DNA from: Ignavibacteriota bacterium
Lineage (GTDB): Bacteria; Bacteroidota; Ignavibacteria; UBA10030
Length of the DNA stretch: 64,000 nt
Reading direction: 5' to 3'
NCBI GenBank assembly: GCA_963790045.1
Contig: CAWBMS010000008.1
Coordinates: 133,126 to 197,125 of the forward strand
Under the pieces are notes generated by a model. It ran no database searches. It worked only from the letters and a program-made list of their open reading frames with translations, and was not told where the DNA came from. Each line of letters opens with the position of its first letter. The first letter of the stretch is position 1. Position numbers and translations under genes: made by a program. Positions 10,553 through 21,485 of the stretch are shown here, one piece after another.

Positions 10553-11143
10553 ATGATGAACGTTGATACCATACAAATAGAGGAATCGTTACCGCGCATA
10601 AAATTCGCATGCAATGTGAATGCATGCCGCGGTGCGTGCTGTACGCTTCCCGGCGGACTGGGCGCGCCGCTGCTCGATGAAGAATTAGCAGAAATTGATA
10701 AAGCATTGCCCATCGTCGAATCGATGCTGCCAAGCGAACATCGCGATGTTATTTATCAGCACGGAAAATACGAAGGCACATCCGGTTCGTACACAACCAT
10801 GTGCATCAATCATCATGCATGCATATTCGTTTTGTATGAAAACGGCGTTGCAAAATGCGCGTTTGAAAAAGCATATTTCGAGAAAAAACTTTCTTGGCGT
10901 AAACCGATTTCATGCCAGCTTTTTCCCATTCGTGTCGATCGCGGATGGACGCAGCGCTTGCGATATGAACGAATCTCGGAATGCGATCCGGCAATCGAGA
11001 ACGGCATCGACAACAATATTTTTTTAGACGATTTTTTAAAAGACGCGTTGATACGCGCTTATGGCGAACGATGGTACCGGCAATTCAAAGAAGTCTGCGA
11101 ATGGCATCGTGCGCAAGGCAACAAGTTTTTATTCAACCAATGA
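10553..11143 (+). CDS. cysteine-rich conserved hypothetical protein (DUF3109-like)
   Basis: It has a CNVNACRGACC cysteine cluster. Its stop overlaps the rpoN start (ATGA). Confidence 0.45.
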   Translation: MMNVDTIQIEESLPRIKFACNVNACRGACCTLPGGLGAPLLDEELAEIDKALPIVESMLPSEHRDVIYQHGKYEGTSGSYTTMCINHHACIFVLYENGVAKCAFEKAYFEKKLSWRKPISCQLFPIRVDRGWTQRLRYERISECDPAIENGIDNNIFLDDFLKDALIRAYGERWYRQFKEVCEWHRAQGNKFLFNQ

Positions 11144-12602
11144 TCAATCTTCAACAACAACTTCGTCTCGGGCTTAAGCTCACTCCGCAGCAAATTCAAT
11201 ATTTAAAATTGCTGCAATTACCGACGCTTGCCTTGGAACAGCGTATTAAATTAGAATTAGAAATGAATCCGATGTTAGAGTTGAGCGAAGAACAGGAACC
11301 GACTCTGGAACAAGAAGCACCGGAGACCGATTCCCAGGAGGATGAAGAGGTTCAAGCAAAACAAGAAGAAGACAAAGTCAAGCAAGAAGAAGACAGTTAT
11401 ACGCTTGACGATTATATGAACGACGATCTTGCAGGATTCAAAAGCCCCGAGACAACAAAAAACAGTAATGATGACGACGAATCCTACGAATCCCCTTTGC
11501 CGTCCACGATTCCGTTAACCGAACGATTACTGAGTCAATTCCGTTTTCTTTCCATCGATGACGAAGACATTCTTCTTGCTGAAGAAATATTGGGGAATGT
11601 CGATGAGGATGGATATCTCCGGCGGGAATTAGAACTCATCGTTCAGGATCTAAATTTAAGTTTCGGATTGAACATCAGCGTGGAAAAAGCAACCGCTGTT
11701 CAGCAAAAAATCTTGCACTCGATCCGCCCGGTATCGCCGCACGCAATCTTCAAGAGTGTTTGGTCGTGCAGCTTAAAGCCAGCACACAGCCGCAGGCGCT
11801 CAAAGAACTCGCCATCAAAATTCTCACCACATATTTTGAAGATTTCAAATTGAAGCGCTTCGATAAGCTTGAAAAGAATATCGGTGTCAGTCATGACACA
11901 TTTAAAAAAGCAGTTGAACTCATTCAACATTTAAACCCCAAGCCCGGCGAAGGCGAATTTTCCGTACAAGAGAACTATATCATCCCTGATTTTATCGTCG
12001 AGAAAGATGAAGATGATTTCATCATTACGCTGAACGACCGTAATATTCCACCGCTGCATCTTAACAATGCATACAAAGAATTGGTGACGCCGAAAGGAAA
12101 AAATGTCTCCGCGGAAGCAAAAGATTTTGTCAAGAAAAAATTTGAATCAGCCAAGTGGTTTATTGCTTCCATCCATCAACGGCGCGAAACACTTTTAAAA
12201 GTCATGAGAGTCATTGTGGAAAAACAGCGGCTGTGGTTCACTGAAGGTGAAATATTAAAACCGATGATTTACAAAGATATATCTGAAGTTGTTGGCGTGG
12301 ATATTTCCACCATTAGCCGAGTGGTGAATAGCAAATATGTTCAGACAGAATTCGGCGTACACTCGTTGCGTTTCTTTTTCACATCGGGATTGGAATCTGA
12401 AGGCGGCGATGATGTCTCAAACCAAGAAGTGAAACAGCGCGTTCGGGATATTATTGCTGCCGAAGAATCAAAGCATCCGCTCAACGATGATAAGATTGCC
12501 GAGATGTTAAAACAAAGCGGCTTGCACATCGCTCGACGCACGGTTGCAAAATATCGCGAACAATTGGGGCTACCTATTGCTCGTCTTAGAAGAAAAGTAT
12601 AA
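11140..12602 (+). CDS. rpoN: RNA polymerase sigma-54 factor RpoN, with an apparent -1 frameshift in an A6 run (11705-11710)
   Basis: The N-terminus MINLQQQLRLGLKLTPQQIQYLKLLQLPTLALEQ is the sigma-54 region I. The core motif LDPPGIAARNLQECL continues in frame 0, and an RpoN box (ARRTVAKYRE) lies at the C-terminus. Adding one A to the A6 run restores a single ORF reading VQQKNLALDPPG. Confidence 0.85.
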
Positions 12603-12616
12603 CATGAAAGCTACCT

Positions 12617-13159
12617 ATGGAATCAACTTATAAAATTCATGGAACGACCATTATCGGATTGCGTCATAACGGCAAGGTTGCTGTTGGCGGCGATGGTCAG
12701 GTAACGTTGGGCAGCACGGTGATGAAACAGTCGTCCAACAAAATTCGGAAACTGTACAACAATTCTGTGCTCGTTGGATTTGCCGGCTCTGCTGCCGATG
12801 CATTCAGTTTACTAGAACGGTTTGAAGAAAAGCTGGAACAGCATCAAGGACAAATCGTTCGTTCTGCGGTCGAGCTTGCAAAGCTCTGGCGTACCGATAA
12901 ATATTTACGGCAGCTTGAAGCATTGCTTGCCGTTGTCGATAAAGAACATGCGCTTATTGTTTCCGGTACTGGTGATGTAATCGAACCGGATGACGGTATT
13001 GTCGCGGTCGGCTCCGGCGGTATGTATGCGCTTGCAGCGGCGCGTATGTTAGTGCAACATACAAAATTTGAAGCAAAAGAAATTGTCCGTGAATCGCTGA
13101 ACGCTGCTTCCAATATCTGTATCTATACAAATAAAAATTTTACTATTGAAGAATTATAA
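12617..13159 (+). CDS. hslV: ATP-dependent protease subunit HslV
   Basis: It has an N-terminal Thr ([19 protein letters not shown]) and is 180 aa long. Confidence 0.9.
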   Translation: MESTYKIHGTTIIGLRHNGKVAVGGDGQVTLGSTVMKQSSNKIRKLYNNSVLVGFAGSAADAFSLLERFEEKLEQHQGQIVRSAVELAKLWRTDKYLRQLEALLAVVDKEHALIVSGTGDVIEPDDGIVAVGSGGMYALAAARMLVQHTKFEAKEIVRESLNAASNICIYTNKNFTIEEL

Positions 13160-13162
13160 CCT

Positions 13163-14551
13163 GTGAAGAAAAAAGAAATCATTAAACCGACACGAGAATT
13201 AACACCACGAGAAATTGTTCGCGAATTAGATAAATATATTATCGGGCAGCAAGCTGCAAAAAAAGCCGTTGCCATCGCCTTGCGTAATCGCTGGCGGCGA
13301 CTCCACGCTCCGGAAACAATTCGGGAAGATATTATGCCGAATAATATTATTCTCATCGGCCCAACGGGCGTTGGAAAAACAGAAATCGCACGGCGGCTGG
13401 CAAAACTTTCCGGAGCTCCTTTTCTCAAAGTGGAAGCGTCTAAATTTACGGAAGTCGGTTATGTCGGCCGCGATGTTGAATCGATGATTCGCGATCTCAC
13501 CGAAATCGCTGTAAATATTGTGAAAGCCGAAAAGGCATCGGAAGTGGAAGCAAAGGCACGAGTGCTTTCCGAAGAACATATTCTCGATCTTCTCATTCCA
13601 CCTGTTAAACACCGCAACACACCAGATTCATCCAACCATGATGTTCCTACGCTGGAAGATGAAAATGCAAAAACGCGGAATAAGTTTCGCGAGAAGTTGC
13701 GCAAAGGCGAACTGGATGAACGAACAGTAGAGATCGAAGTGCATTCTTCGCAAATGCCGTTGATGCAGGTGATGGGGCCTTTTTCTATGGAAGAAATGGG
13801 CATCAACTTGCAAGAGATGCTTGGAAGCATCGCTCCGCAAAAACAAAAGCAACGGAAACTCACTGTTGCTGAAGCGCGGCAGGTATTGATGCAGGAAGAA
13901 TCGCAAAAGTTGATTGACATGGAAAAGGTTGTGAAGGAAGCATTAGAACGAGTAGAAAATTCCGGCATCGTCTTCATCGATGAAATCGATAAAATCGCCA
14001 GCGCGCGCGGACAATCTTCCGGCCCTGATGTTTCACGCGAAGGCGTTCAACGCGATTTGCTTCCCATCGTTGAAGGATCCAGCGTGTTAACCAAACATGG
14101 CATGGTGAAAACGGATCATATTTTATTTATCGCTTCTGGTGCATTTCATATTTCAAAACCATCTGATTTAATTCCTGAGTTGCAAGGACGTTTTCCCATT
14201 CGTGTTGAATTAAATAGTTTAACAGAAGATGATTTCGTTAAAATCCTAACGCTTCCACAAAATGCACTCATCAAACAATACACGGCATTGTTGGAAACGG
14301 AAAATATTTCGCTGGAGTTCGAGGAAGGCGCTATTCAAGAAGTTGCGAAGATCGCTTATGAAGTGAACGACCAAGTGGAAAACATCGGCGCACGAAGATT
14401 ACATACGATTTTGACAACTTTATTAGAAGAAGTTTTGTATGATGCGCCCGATGAAATAAAAGATTCACATATTCGTATCTCTCAGACAAATGTGCAGGAA
14501 AAACTTCAGGCAATTGTTAGAAACCGCGACTTGAGTAGATACATCTTATAA
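13163..14551 (+). CDS. hslU: ATP-dependent protease ATPase subunit HslU
   Basis: It has a [15 protein letters not shown] Walker A motif and the HslU I-domain. Confidence 0.9.
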   Translation: MKKKEIIKPTRELTPREIVRELDKYIIGQQAAKKAVAIALRNRWRRLHAPETIREDIMPNNIILIGPTGVGKTEIARRLAKLSGAPFLKVEASKFTEVGYVGRDVESMIRDLTEIAVNIVKAEKASEVEAKARVLSEEHILDLLIPPVKHRNTPDSSNHDVPTLEDENAKTRNKFREKLRKGELDERTVEIEVHSSQMPLMQVMGPFSMEEMGINLQEMLGSIAPQKQKQRKLTVAEARQVLMQEESQKLIDMEKVVKEALERVENSGIVFIDEIDKIASARGQSSGPDVSREGVQRDLLPIVEGSSVLTKHGMVKTDHILFIASGAFHISKPSDLIPELQGRFPIRVELNSLTEDDFVKILTLPQNALIKQYTALLETENISLEFEEGAIQEVAKIAYEVNDQVENIGARRLHTILTTLLEEVLYDAPDEIKDSHIRISQTNVQEKLQAIVRNRDLSRYIL

Positions 14552-14573
14552 CTCCCCATTCACCTAAAATGAA

Positions 14574-14610
14574 AAAGGCGCAACGTTAACACATTGCGCC
14601 TTTTGTTTTA
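14574..14610. terminator. bidirectional rho-independent terminator between convergent hslU and an OMP gene
   Basis: It is a GGCGCAA...TTGCGCC hairpin followed by TTTTGTTTT. Confidence 0.6.
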
Positions 14611-14629
14611 TACAACACTTTTCGATTAA

Positions 14630-16039
14630 CTAAAGTCGAATCTTCATACCGACAGCAACGGTAAGAGCGTTGAAACTTTTTGGTGAAAATGCTGAACCGA
14701 AAGTGTCGGTTGCAAAATCAAGATCGATCACCCAGAAATCGAGCCCGAATCCGAATGCCCAACGCGTTTTGTCATCTCCTCCCATAATAAGCCCCGTGCG
14801 TAACGGTAATAACGGAATGAGCCGGTATTCGGTGCCGAGAGAAAACCTCGGCTTGGTGGTATTGCCAAACGAGTCGTTAAATCCTTGCGCATATTCAAAC
14901 GCGAGCAAGAGATGGCCGGGGAGAAATGATAATCCCGGAATATTTTGCGCCTCCATACTTGTGCCCAAACGCATAATGGTCGGTAAGGATGTTTTAAACG
15001 ACTGCCCGGGTTGATTCTTTCCTTTAAAAATATTTTTTGCGCTGTCTTGAATCGATGCCGAATATCCAGTAAAGACATAATAACCGTTCCCCATCGTTTC
15101 AATGACATTCTTATCCCATGTAATACTTCCGATATCGGTCAAGCTCCATGAAACGATCATACCGTTTTTTAATTCTGCCGTGACACCGAAATCAAGCCCT
15201 GTCCCAGTACCAACAGGGTCAGGAAATGGTTTAGCTTTCGGTTTCGTTGTATCGTCGTTATTAAAGAAATCGACACCAGCACGCTGTGCAGCAAAATCGG
15301 TACTTGCAGTAATAGTATTTAAGCCGAGATCATCTGTGGTAGAATTTGTAATGGAAGAATGATTCTTCGTCATCTGGAATATTCCGTACCCGCGAATAAG
15401 TTTTACTCCGGCGCCGACATACAACGATTTGATCACGGGAAGAATGTTGGGAATTTTTCTCGCATAGGAAATATTATATTCGCGGTACCACCATGCGTTA
15501 AATGATGTTCCATCTAAATTATACATCGAGTTCGAAGGCATGCCGACTAAAAAGAGATCAACATAACCACGTGTAAGCGTAATCGTGGCACCGGCATGAT
15601 CCATAATTGCAAAGCCGAAACTTCCAAGGACTCCTGCTTGCAACGAAACGCCGCCAAACATCTCATCGACATTAACGGTCGTCCGCGGGTTATCCGGCAT
15701 TTGATTGCGAATAGTATTTTTATCTGCATCCGTCAACGGATACGAGATGCGATTTCCACCGCCGGTATCGATGCCGGTAAAATATTTTTGATAAATATCA
15801 TAGGACATCAGCTCCGTACTCACACGGGCATCCGTTTGTCCGAGATTAATCACAAACGGTGCTACACCCGGCGCAGCTAAGTTTGCAGGATTCACACCGA
15901 TGGCATCGGTGCCGCGGGTGACCGATACTGCGGTACGCCCCATGCCGAGTGTGGTCAAGCTGGTTCTATCTCCGGCAAAAGCAAAAGAAGATACAACCAC
16001 CGTCAATGTAACAAGCGAAGATATGATCGTCGTTTTCAT
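14630..16039 (-). CDS. putative outer-membrane beta-barrel protein (FadL/PorV-like); family not certain
   Basis: It has a signal peptide MKTTIISSLVTLTVVVSSFAFAG and alternating amphipathic strands. An AGGAGA RBS lies at the trimmed start, immediately after the stop of the upstream gene. Confidence 0.5.
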   Translation of the reverse strand: MKTTIISSLVTLTVVVSSFAFAGDRTSLTTLGMGRTAVSVTRGTDAIGVNPANLAAPGVAPFVINLGQTDARVSTELMSYDIYQKYFTGIDTGGGNRISYPLTDADKNTIRNQMPDNPRTTVNVDEMFGGVSLQAGVLGSFGFAIMDHAGATITLTRGYVDLFLVGMPSNSMYNLDGTSFNAWWYREYNISYARKIPNILPVIKSLYVGAGVKLIRGYGIFQMTKNHSSITNSTTDDLGLNTITASTDFAAQRAGVDFFNNDDTTKPKAKPFPDPVGTGTGLDFGVTAELKNGMIVSWSLTDIGSITWDKNVIETMGNGYYVFTGYSASIQDSAKNIFKGKNQPGQSFKTSLPTIMRLGTSMEAQNIPGLSFLPGHLLLAFEYAQGFNDSFGNTTKPRFSLGTEYRLIPLLPLRTGLIMGGDDKTRWAFGFGLDFWVIDLDFATDTFGSAFSPKSFNALTVAVGMKIRL

Positions 16040-16049
16040 GGCTGTTCTC

Positions 16050-18206
16050 CTATTTCGATTTGATGGTGTAAGTGATGTTGCCGATACCGACAATGCGAAT
16101 ATAATTCGATCCTAGCACACGCACTGTTTGACCATTCGTCGATTGTAGATTATAAAGTGTAACACGAATCGAATCGGTCTGGTTAAAATATCCCATATCC
16201 GTACTATTAAGCGACACTGTCGATGTGGATTGTGTAGTACCGCTCGCCCATCCGCTCGAAACAGTTACAGGTGCAGCAGCAATACGCATCACATCTGTTT
16301 TATTGATTGAAGTATCGGGTAAAGTGAACAGGATATCATTCTTCCGAGTCGTTTTATTGTATTTCAAAAATTCCGCCTTCATTTGCATTTGAAGCGGCAA
16401 GTTGTTGACCACCGTGAACGATGCTGATCCTTGCCCGACATTTTTAGTAAAGTCCGTGGGAATTTGAGAACTATCGAATGCCATCGTCTGCGCATACGTG
16501 CTATTGCCGATCTGGACTCTGAGTGGAAGATGGATATCGAATGTTGGATAAATTCCACTGGTATCATTGAAAGTATAATTCACTTGTTTCGTCACAAAGT
16601 TCGGATCAAGCGTGACCGATCCACGCACGTAAAATGAATCAGGAACATTGGGGAAATATCGCGTAAGCGAATTAAAGAACGCCGAATCGGTTTTACTTCG
16701 TAAAATAATTTGTGTACCAACACCCGGTTCAATAAGTTTATAATCGGGACTCGTACCTGAAATAATCACGAGCGAATCGCTGCGATGCTGTTGTGTATTT
16801 TTGGCGATAATGGTGAGATGATAATTCGCTTCGCATCCGTCATTCCCGCCCATCGGTAAATTCATTGCAAGGTAGATGCTGTCGAGCGCAATCGATCCGT
16901 TATATCCTTTTAAATCTCTTACATCGATGTTCGATGGGAATCGTTGATCGATATTGACAACGGTTGTTCTGATTCTGCCGGTAATAGATTTCAAAACGAA
17001 ATCAGAATTATGGATAAGAGCCGCTTTGATGTTGTCGCTCTTCCCGACTAATTTTTTTGCACCTTCTGAATTCAATGTCGTAATGGTTGCCGTATAAGAA
17101 AGCTGTGTGCCAAATTGATTTGAACCTGTACCGCCTCCTTCAATTTTATATTTAGTCATATCAAACGGCAACGTTAACGAATCTTTCCCCGCTACTGTAG
17201 TATTAACGGTATAGGATGAATTTGTCGTAAGATCAATCAATTTGTCGATCTTCAACGTCATTCCCACTTTGATGTTCAAGTTATTATAGAACTTCAATTG
17301 AAACAATCCTGCATCGAACGTTGCAGAGCTTAAAACAGTTGAATCATCAATCTGCCATGCAGAAGAACCAGGAGAATAAACCACTTGTGTCGGCACAACA
17401 GCTAATGCGCTATCGGCAACCAAATTCGAAGCAGTCAAAGCAAATGAAACTTTTGAATTGATATCAACGGTAAACGCCTTCGTTGTGCCCGGTGTATAAA
17501 TTTTGATCGAATCCATTTTCATTGCACCGCGCAGTATTTTTTTTCTGATAGAAGATGTCTTTGTCATCGTAACGCCGGAAGCAATGGTATCGTTGCGTCC
17601 GAAGAATGCCGCAACTTTATTGGTATCGAATGGACTGGAGGAATTATTTCGCAGCACGACGGAATCTGTGAATACAATCGGAAGACCGAGTGTATTGGTG
17701 ACACTCATAGACATTGAATTCGTGGCTGTATCGGTTAGAAGGACGAAATCGAACTGAGAACTATTATCGAATGCCGAGCCGACTGTTTTAAAATTTTGCG
17801 GAGTAAATCCTGGATATGTGCCATTCGGAAGAAGAGAACTGACATTGCTTGCAGCTACCGATTGAGAAGCCGACAATGAACCAATTGAAAACGTTCCGAC
17901 AGCAACGCGGATGCTGGTGTCGGTCGCTGATGCAGTCGGCAGTGCGATGGTTTGTTTTGCCGCCGATTGTTTGTTCACATAATCGTAAACACCGACCGTA
18001 CTGTCAACGACAAGAAAGTTGTTTGCACTTTTCTGCTCATACTCGCTGAAGTATTTTGTAATATCCACCAGAGGAATATTCCCCAGCGAAACAGTCGATG
18101 CAGGCGCAACCGGTGAGAGCGGCATTTCAATACATTGCCACGACACGACGGCTATGACAATAAAAACAAGTGGCATAACCAACAATATTAGCGATTTATT
18201 TTTCAT
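16050..18206 (-). CDS. large S/T-rich secreted or cell-surface protein
   Basis: It has a signal peptide (MKNKSLILLVMPLVFIVIAVVS), is rich in low-complexity S/T/N and beta-strands, and appears co-transcribed with the downstream OMP. Confidence 0.5.
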   Translation of the reverse strand: MKNKSLILLVMPLVFIVIAVVSWQCIEMPLSPVAPASTVSLGNIPLVDITKYFSEYEQKSANNFLVVDSTVGVYDYVNKQSAAKQTIALPTASATDTSIRVAVGTFSIGSLSASQSVAASNVSSLLPNGTYPGFTPQNFKTVGSAFDNSSQFDFVLLTDTATNSMSMSVTNTLGLPIVFTDSVVLRNNSSSPFDTNKVAAFFGRNDTIASGVTMTKTSSIRKKILRGAMKMDSIKIYTPGTTKAFTVDINSKVSFALTASNLVADSALAVVPTQVVYSPGSSAWQIDDSTVLSSATFDAGLFQLKFYNNLNIKVGMTLKIDKLIDLTTNSSYTVNTTVAGKDSLTLPFDMTKYKIEGGGTGSNQFGTQLSYTATITTLNSEGAKKLVGKSDNIKAALIHNSDFVLKSITGRIRTTVVNIDQRFPSNIDVRDLKGYNGSIALDSIYLAMNLPMGGNDGCEANYHLTIIAKNTQQHRSDSLVIISGTSPDYKLIEPGVGTQIILRSKTDSAFFNSLTRYFPNVPDSFYVRGSVTLDPNFVTKQVNYTFNDTSGIYPTFDIHLPLRVQIGNSTYAQTMAFDSSQIPTDFTKNVGQGSASFTVVNNLPLQMQMKAEFLKYNKTTRKNDILFTLPDTSINKTDVMRIAAAPVTVSSGWASGTTQSTSTVSLNSTDMGYFNQTDSIRVTLYNLQSTNGQTVRVLGSNYIRIVGIGNITYTIKSK

Positions 18207-18299
18207 CGGATTTCCCTCATTAATCTGGTTCATATTTATTACAATATAACTACACAGGTATGCTTTGTCAAGAAAATGCCTGCATCACACGTCGCATTA

Positions 18300-18365
18300 T
18301 AAACACATTGTGCGTTGCCGCACAAACAACAAGGGCTGATGCAGAATTGTTTCAACATCAGCCCT
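18300..18365 (-). terminator. possible terminator hairpin downstream of the 18392-18727 gene
   Basis: It is a GGGCTGATG...CATCAGCCC hairpin followed on the minus strand by a T-rich tract. Confidence 0.35.
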
Positions 18366-18391
18366 CAATAATCAATGATTATGCAATACCG

Positions 18392-18727
18392 TTAATGAAA
18401 TTTTTCATCTTTTGGCGGAGCTTGAAAACCTAATGGTGCTGTTCCAAGAATGTCTCCCTGCAATTTTATCTCGCCAAATTTCTTTTCATATTTATCAACA
18501 TTATCGCGCAGTGCATTCAAAAGCATTTTGGCATGCTGCGGCGTCATGATAATGCGCGCGTGCACTCTTGCTTTAGGAACACCCGGCAAGACGCGAGTAA
18601 AATCAATAATGAATTCTGCCGGTGAATGGGTAATGATTGCAAGATTGGAATAAATCCCTTCCGCCTCTTTTTCACCAAGCTCGATATTGATTTGTTGTTG
18701 AACAGGTTCGCTCATATCATTTTTCAT
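18392..18727 (-). CDS. small conserved hypothetical protein (DUF3467-like)
   Basis: 111 aa with IDFTR-type motifs. Confidence 0.45.
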   Translation of the reverse strand: MKNDMSEPVQQQINIELGEKEAEGIYSNLAIITHSPAEFIIDFTRVLPGVPKARVHARIIMTPQHAKMLLNALRDNVDKYEKKFGEIKLQGDILGTAPLGFQAPPKDEKFH

Positions 18728-18732
18728 CTAAA

Positions 18733-20202
18733 TTATTTCCCATTCTTCCGGATTTTATCCGCTTCATCCAATGCCGTTGCGGCTTTGTCTGCTTGCCCAA
18801 GGCGCGCATAGATAGTTCCCAGCGTATTCCAGATGACAGCATCGTTCGAGCGCAATTCTGTTTCAACTGCTGCACCATTCTTTATCGCTGCTTGAGCGCT
18901 TTTCCATTTTGAATCGGCAACTTTTTCGAGCCACGGAAGCGCTTCCTGAAATTTCTGTTTATATGCTACCGACTCATCGCCCTTTTCTTCCGCCGCTTTC
19001 TTCATCTCGACGCCCCAGTTGTACAACGTTGCACCAAGATCGTACAAAGCATCGTTATACTCAGGATCGATTTTTAGTGCTGCATTGTATTCCGCAATCG
19101 CATCATCATAGTTTGCAACTGTTCGGTATAACACACCGAGGATAAAATGATTTAATTTATTAGTCGGGTCGTTCACTATTGCCTGCTTAAACGCAACCGT
19201 TGCTTCCTTAATTCTATCGGCACCCACGTATGCTTGAAGCAGAAAACTCAGATTTTCGTTGTCTTTTGGATCAACGTTCTTAATCGTTTCAAACACATCC
19301 ACTGCTTTATTGAATTCAACAACAGCCGCAAAATAGCTCGTTGAATCGATGTGCGGATTATACGGTTGGGAAAATACTTTCGAGATCACTTTATCGTTCT
19401 CAATTGTAAACGTTACATTATATTTGTTGTACACCCACTGGACTTTTTGGGAATCATCCTTTTTAACGGCTTTCCCTTTTTTCTTCGCTACCTTCTCTTC
19501 ATCAGGAGCGCCTAATTCTCTTGTAACATCGGACTTATAACTTCCTTTATCTAATTCTGAAAGAGATTTAACGGAACGAATTTTTTCCGCATTATCCGAT
19601 TCAAATTTATTTTTCAATATCAATCCTTGTGAAGCATAAATTCTTCCTCCTAGTTTATAGCTCTCGGCATCTTTCCCCAATTCCCATGCTTTTGTATAGA
19701 CCCCGATCGCATTGGCATAGTCGCCTTTGCCACTGTATGCAATACCGATGTACTTATAGGTAATCGATGTTTCCGGCCATGCTGTTGCTGCTTTCAACAA
19801 TTCTGTCAGGGCTTTATCATAATACATCAGACTGTCGGCAGAAGCTTTTTTCAGAAAATCGATACCTTCGTTCGTCAATTTGCCCCACGTGTTATATTTG
19901 ATTCCATAAATTTCTTTCGCATGCTCATTGGAAATTTTCAGCGCCTCCCTAAAGGCCTTATTCATATTTTCATAGTCTCCGGTCTCTGATCTCAACGTCC
20001 CTAACAAATACCACGCTTCTTCATTGGCTGGATTTTTTTGTGTTTCTTTTTCAAGCGATGCAATTGCTGCCGGATAGTTTTTTTGTTGAATATAGACTTT
20101 TGCTCCCGTTAGTTCTGGTGAACCGCATTGAAATGCTTGCGTCATCAATCCAATGACTGTGAGTGTCATAATCATTGTAAAGAAGTTGTGTCTCATGGCC
20201 AT
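18733..20202 (-). CDS. TPR-repeat protein with a signal peptide
   Basis: It has an N-terminal hydrophobic leader and multiple TPR-like AxxxYxxG repeats. Confidence 0.7.
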   Translation of the reverse strand: MAMRHNFFTMIMTLTVIGLMTQAFQCGSPELTGAKVYIQQKNYPAAIASLEKETQKNPANEEAWYLLGTLRSETGDYENMNKAFREALKISNEHAKEIYGIKYNTWGKLTNEGIDFLKKASADSLMYYDKALTELLKAATAWPETSITYKYIGIAYSGKGDYANAIGVYTKAWELGKDAESYKLGGRIYASQGLILKNKFESDNAEKIRSVKSLSELDKGSYKSDVTRELGAPDEEKVAKKKGKAVKKDDSQKVQWVYNKYNVTFTIENDKVISKVFSQPYNPHIDSTSYFAAVVEFNKAVDVFETIKNVDPKDNENLSFLLQAYVGADRIKEATVAFKQAIVNDPTNKLNHFILGVLYRTVANYDDAIAEYNAALKIDPEYNDALYDLGATLYNWGVEMKKAAEEKGDESVAYKQKFQEALPWLEKVADSKWKSAQAAIKNGAAVETELRSNDAVIWNTLGTIYARLGQADKAATALDEADKIRKNGK

Positions 20203-20456
20203 GCCCTTCGTAATAATCTATTGGTGATATATAATTTTGTGTATAAAAATATACCAAAAGCTCGTACGAGATGCAAGATGTTGATAGACATAAAGATTGT
20301 AGAGCATCGGAAAAACAAATGCGCATGCTGCTTTTTATTCCAAAAAAGAATAGAATGGCGATACAACTAATGGAACTTGTTTCGATAAAAGCTGTTATTC
20401 AACAATATTCCATTGATGAATCGTTGCAACAGCTTCGTGAGCGGTCCATAACGACG

Positions 20457-20891
20457 TTATCGTTTTCCGGTAATATAATTTTCCAGATGCTGGATGGTCT
20501 GCTGCTGGTCGGAGATAATTTCTTTCACGACATCGCCGATGGAAATCAATCCCACTAATTGTTTATGGTCGAATACCGGCAGATGACGGACTCGTTTTTG
20601 CGTCATCAAAGCCATACATTCTTCAATAGATTGATCCGGATGCACAAACATGACAACCGAAGTCATAATATCTTTTACCACCGTCATTTTGGAGGATTCC
20701 CCCTTTAAAATAATTTTCCGCGCATAGTCGCGTTCAGAAAATATTCCTGCAAGTTGTTCCCCGGACATCACAAGAAGTGCACCGACATTTTTTTCTGCCA
20801 TCACGCGCAAGGCATCATACACCAATGTGTCAGGCGTAACCGACCAGACGTCTTTTCCTTTTGTTTGAAGAATGTGCCGAACGGTTGCCAT
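20457..20891 (-). CDS. CBS-domain pair protein
   Basis: It has two CBS motifs. The start is trimmed to MATVRHIL, which has a strong GGAGAGAGG RBS. Confidence 0.8.
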   Translation of the reverse strand: MATVRHILQTKGKDVWSVTPDTLVYDALRVMAEKNVGALLVMSGEQLAGIFSERDYARKIILKGESSKMTVVKDIMTSVVMFVHPDQSIEECMALMTQKRVRHLPVFDHKQLVGLISIGDVVKEIISDQQQTIQHLENYITGKR

Positions 20892-21031
20892 ACCTCTCTC
20901 CTTTTCTGAACTGCCATACTCTCTCATTTGTACCTGACAAAACATAAAACAACCGTCTCGCAGGAATAGTTCTAAGATTTTTTTGGAACCCGCGCCTGCA
21001 AGGAAGATACCATCGAATGGATATATATGCC

Positions 21032-21373
21032 TTACGAGCGAAAAATAAAATACACCGCACCGAGAATGCACAACCCCGCCCAAAGATAATCCCACTTCAT
21101 CGGCTGGTTCATATACAACACAGCGAACGGTACGAACACCGACAGCGTGATAACTTCCTGCAAAATTTTTAACTGTGCTAAACTTAGCGTGGTGTAACCG
21201 ATGCGATTGGCGGGAACTTGCAGTAAATATTCAAACAGCGCAATTCCCCAGCTTGCAACTGCCGCAACGTACCATTTCCGATCACTGAGATTTTTCAGGT
21301 GCGCATACCACGCAAATGTCATAAAGACGTTCGAGCAAATTAATAGCAATGTTGTCTGGACAATGACAGGCAT
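21032..21373 (-). CDS. small DMT-superfamily membrane protein (DUF486-like)
   Basis: It has four predicted transmembrane helices. The start is trimmed to MPVIVQ. Confidence 0.55.
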   Translation of the reverse strand: MPVIVQTTLLLICSNVFMTFAWYAHLKNLSDRKWYVAAVASWGIALFEYLLQVPANRIGYTTLSLAQLKILQEVITLSVFVPFAVLYMNQPMKWDYLWAGLCILGAVYFIFRS

Positions 21374-21485
21374 ATAAAATATTCTTTCTGAATGTTTCGG
21401 GAATTGAATGACAACAAACGAGGAAGCCAGTCTTCGACTCCGCTCGGACTGCACTTCCTCGTTTTCAAATCGATTTACAATGGTG

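Noticed and set aside
16050-16200. T9SS C-terminal sorting domain on the 718-aa surface protein
   Set aside because: The C-terminal 80 residues do not show the usual conserved CTD motifs as far as I can tell. I left it as an unspecified surface protein.
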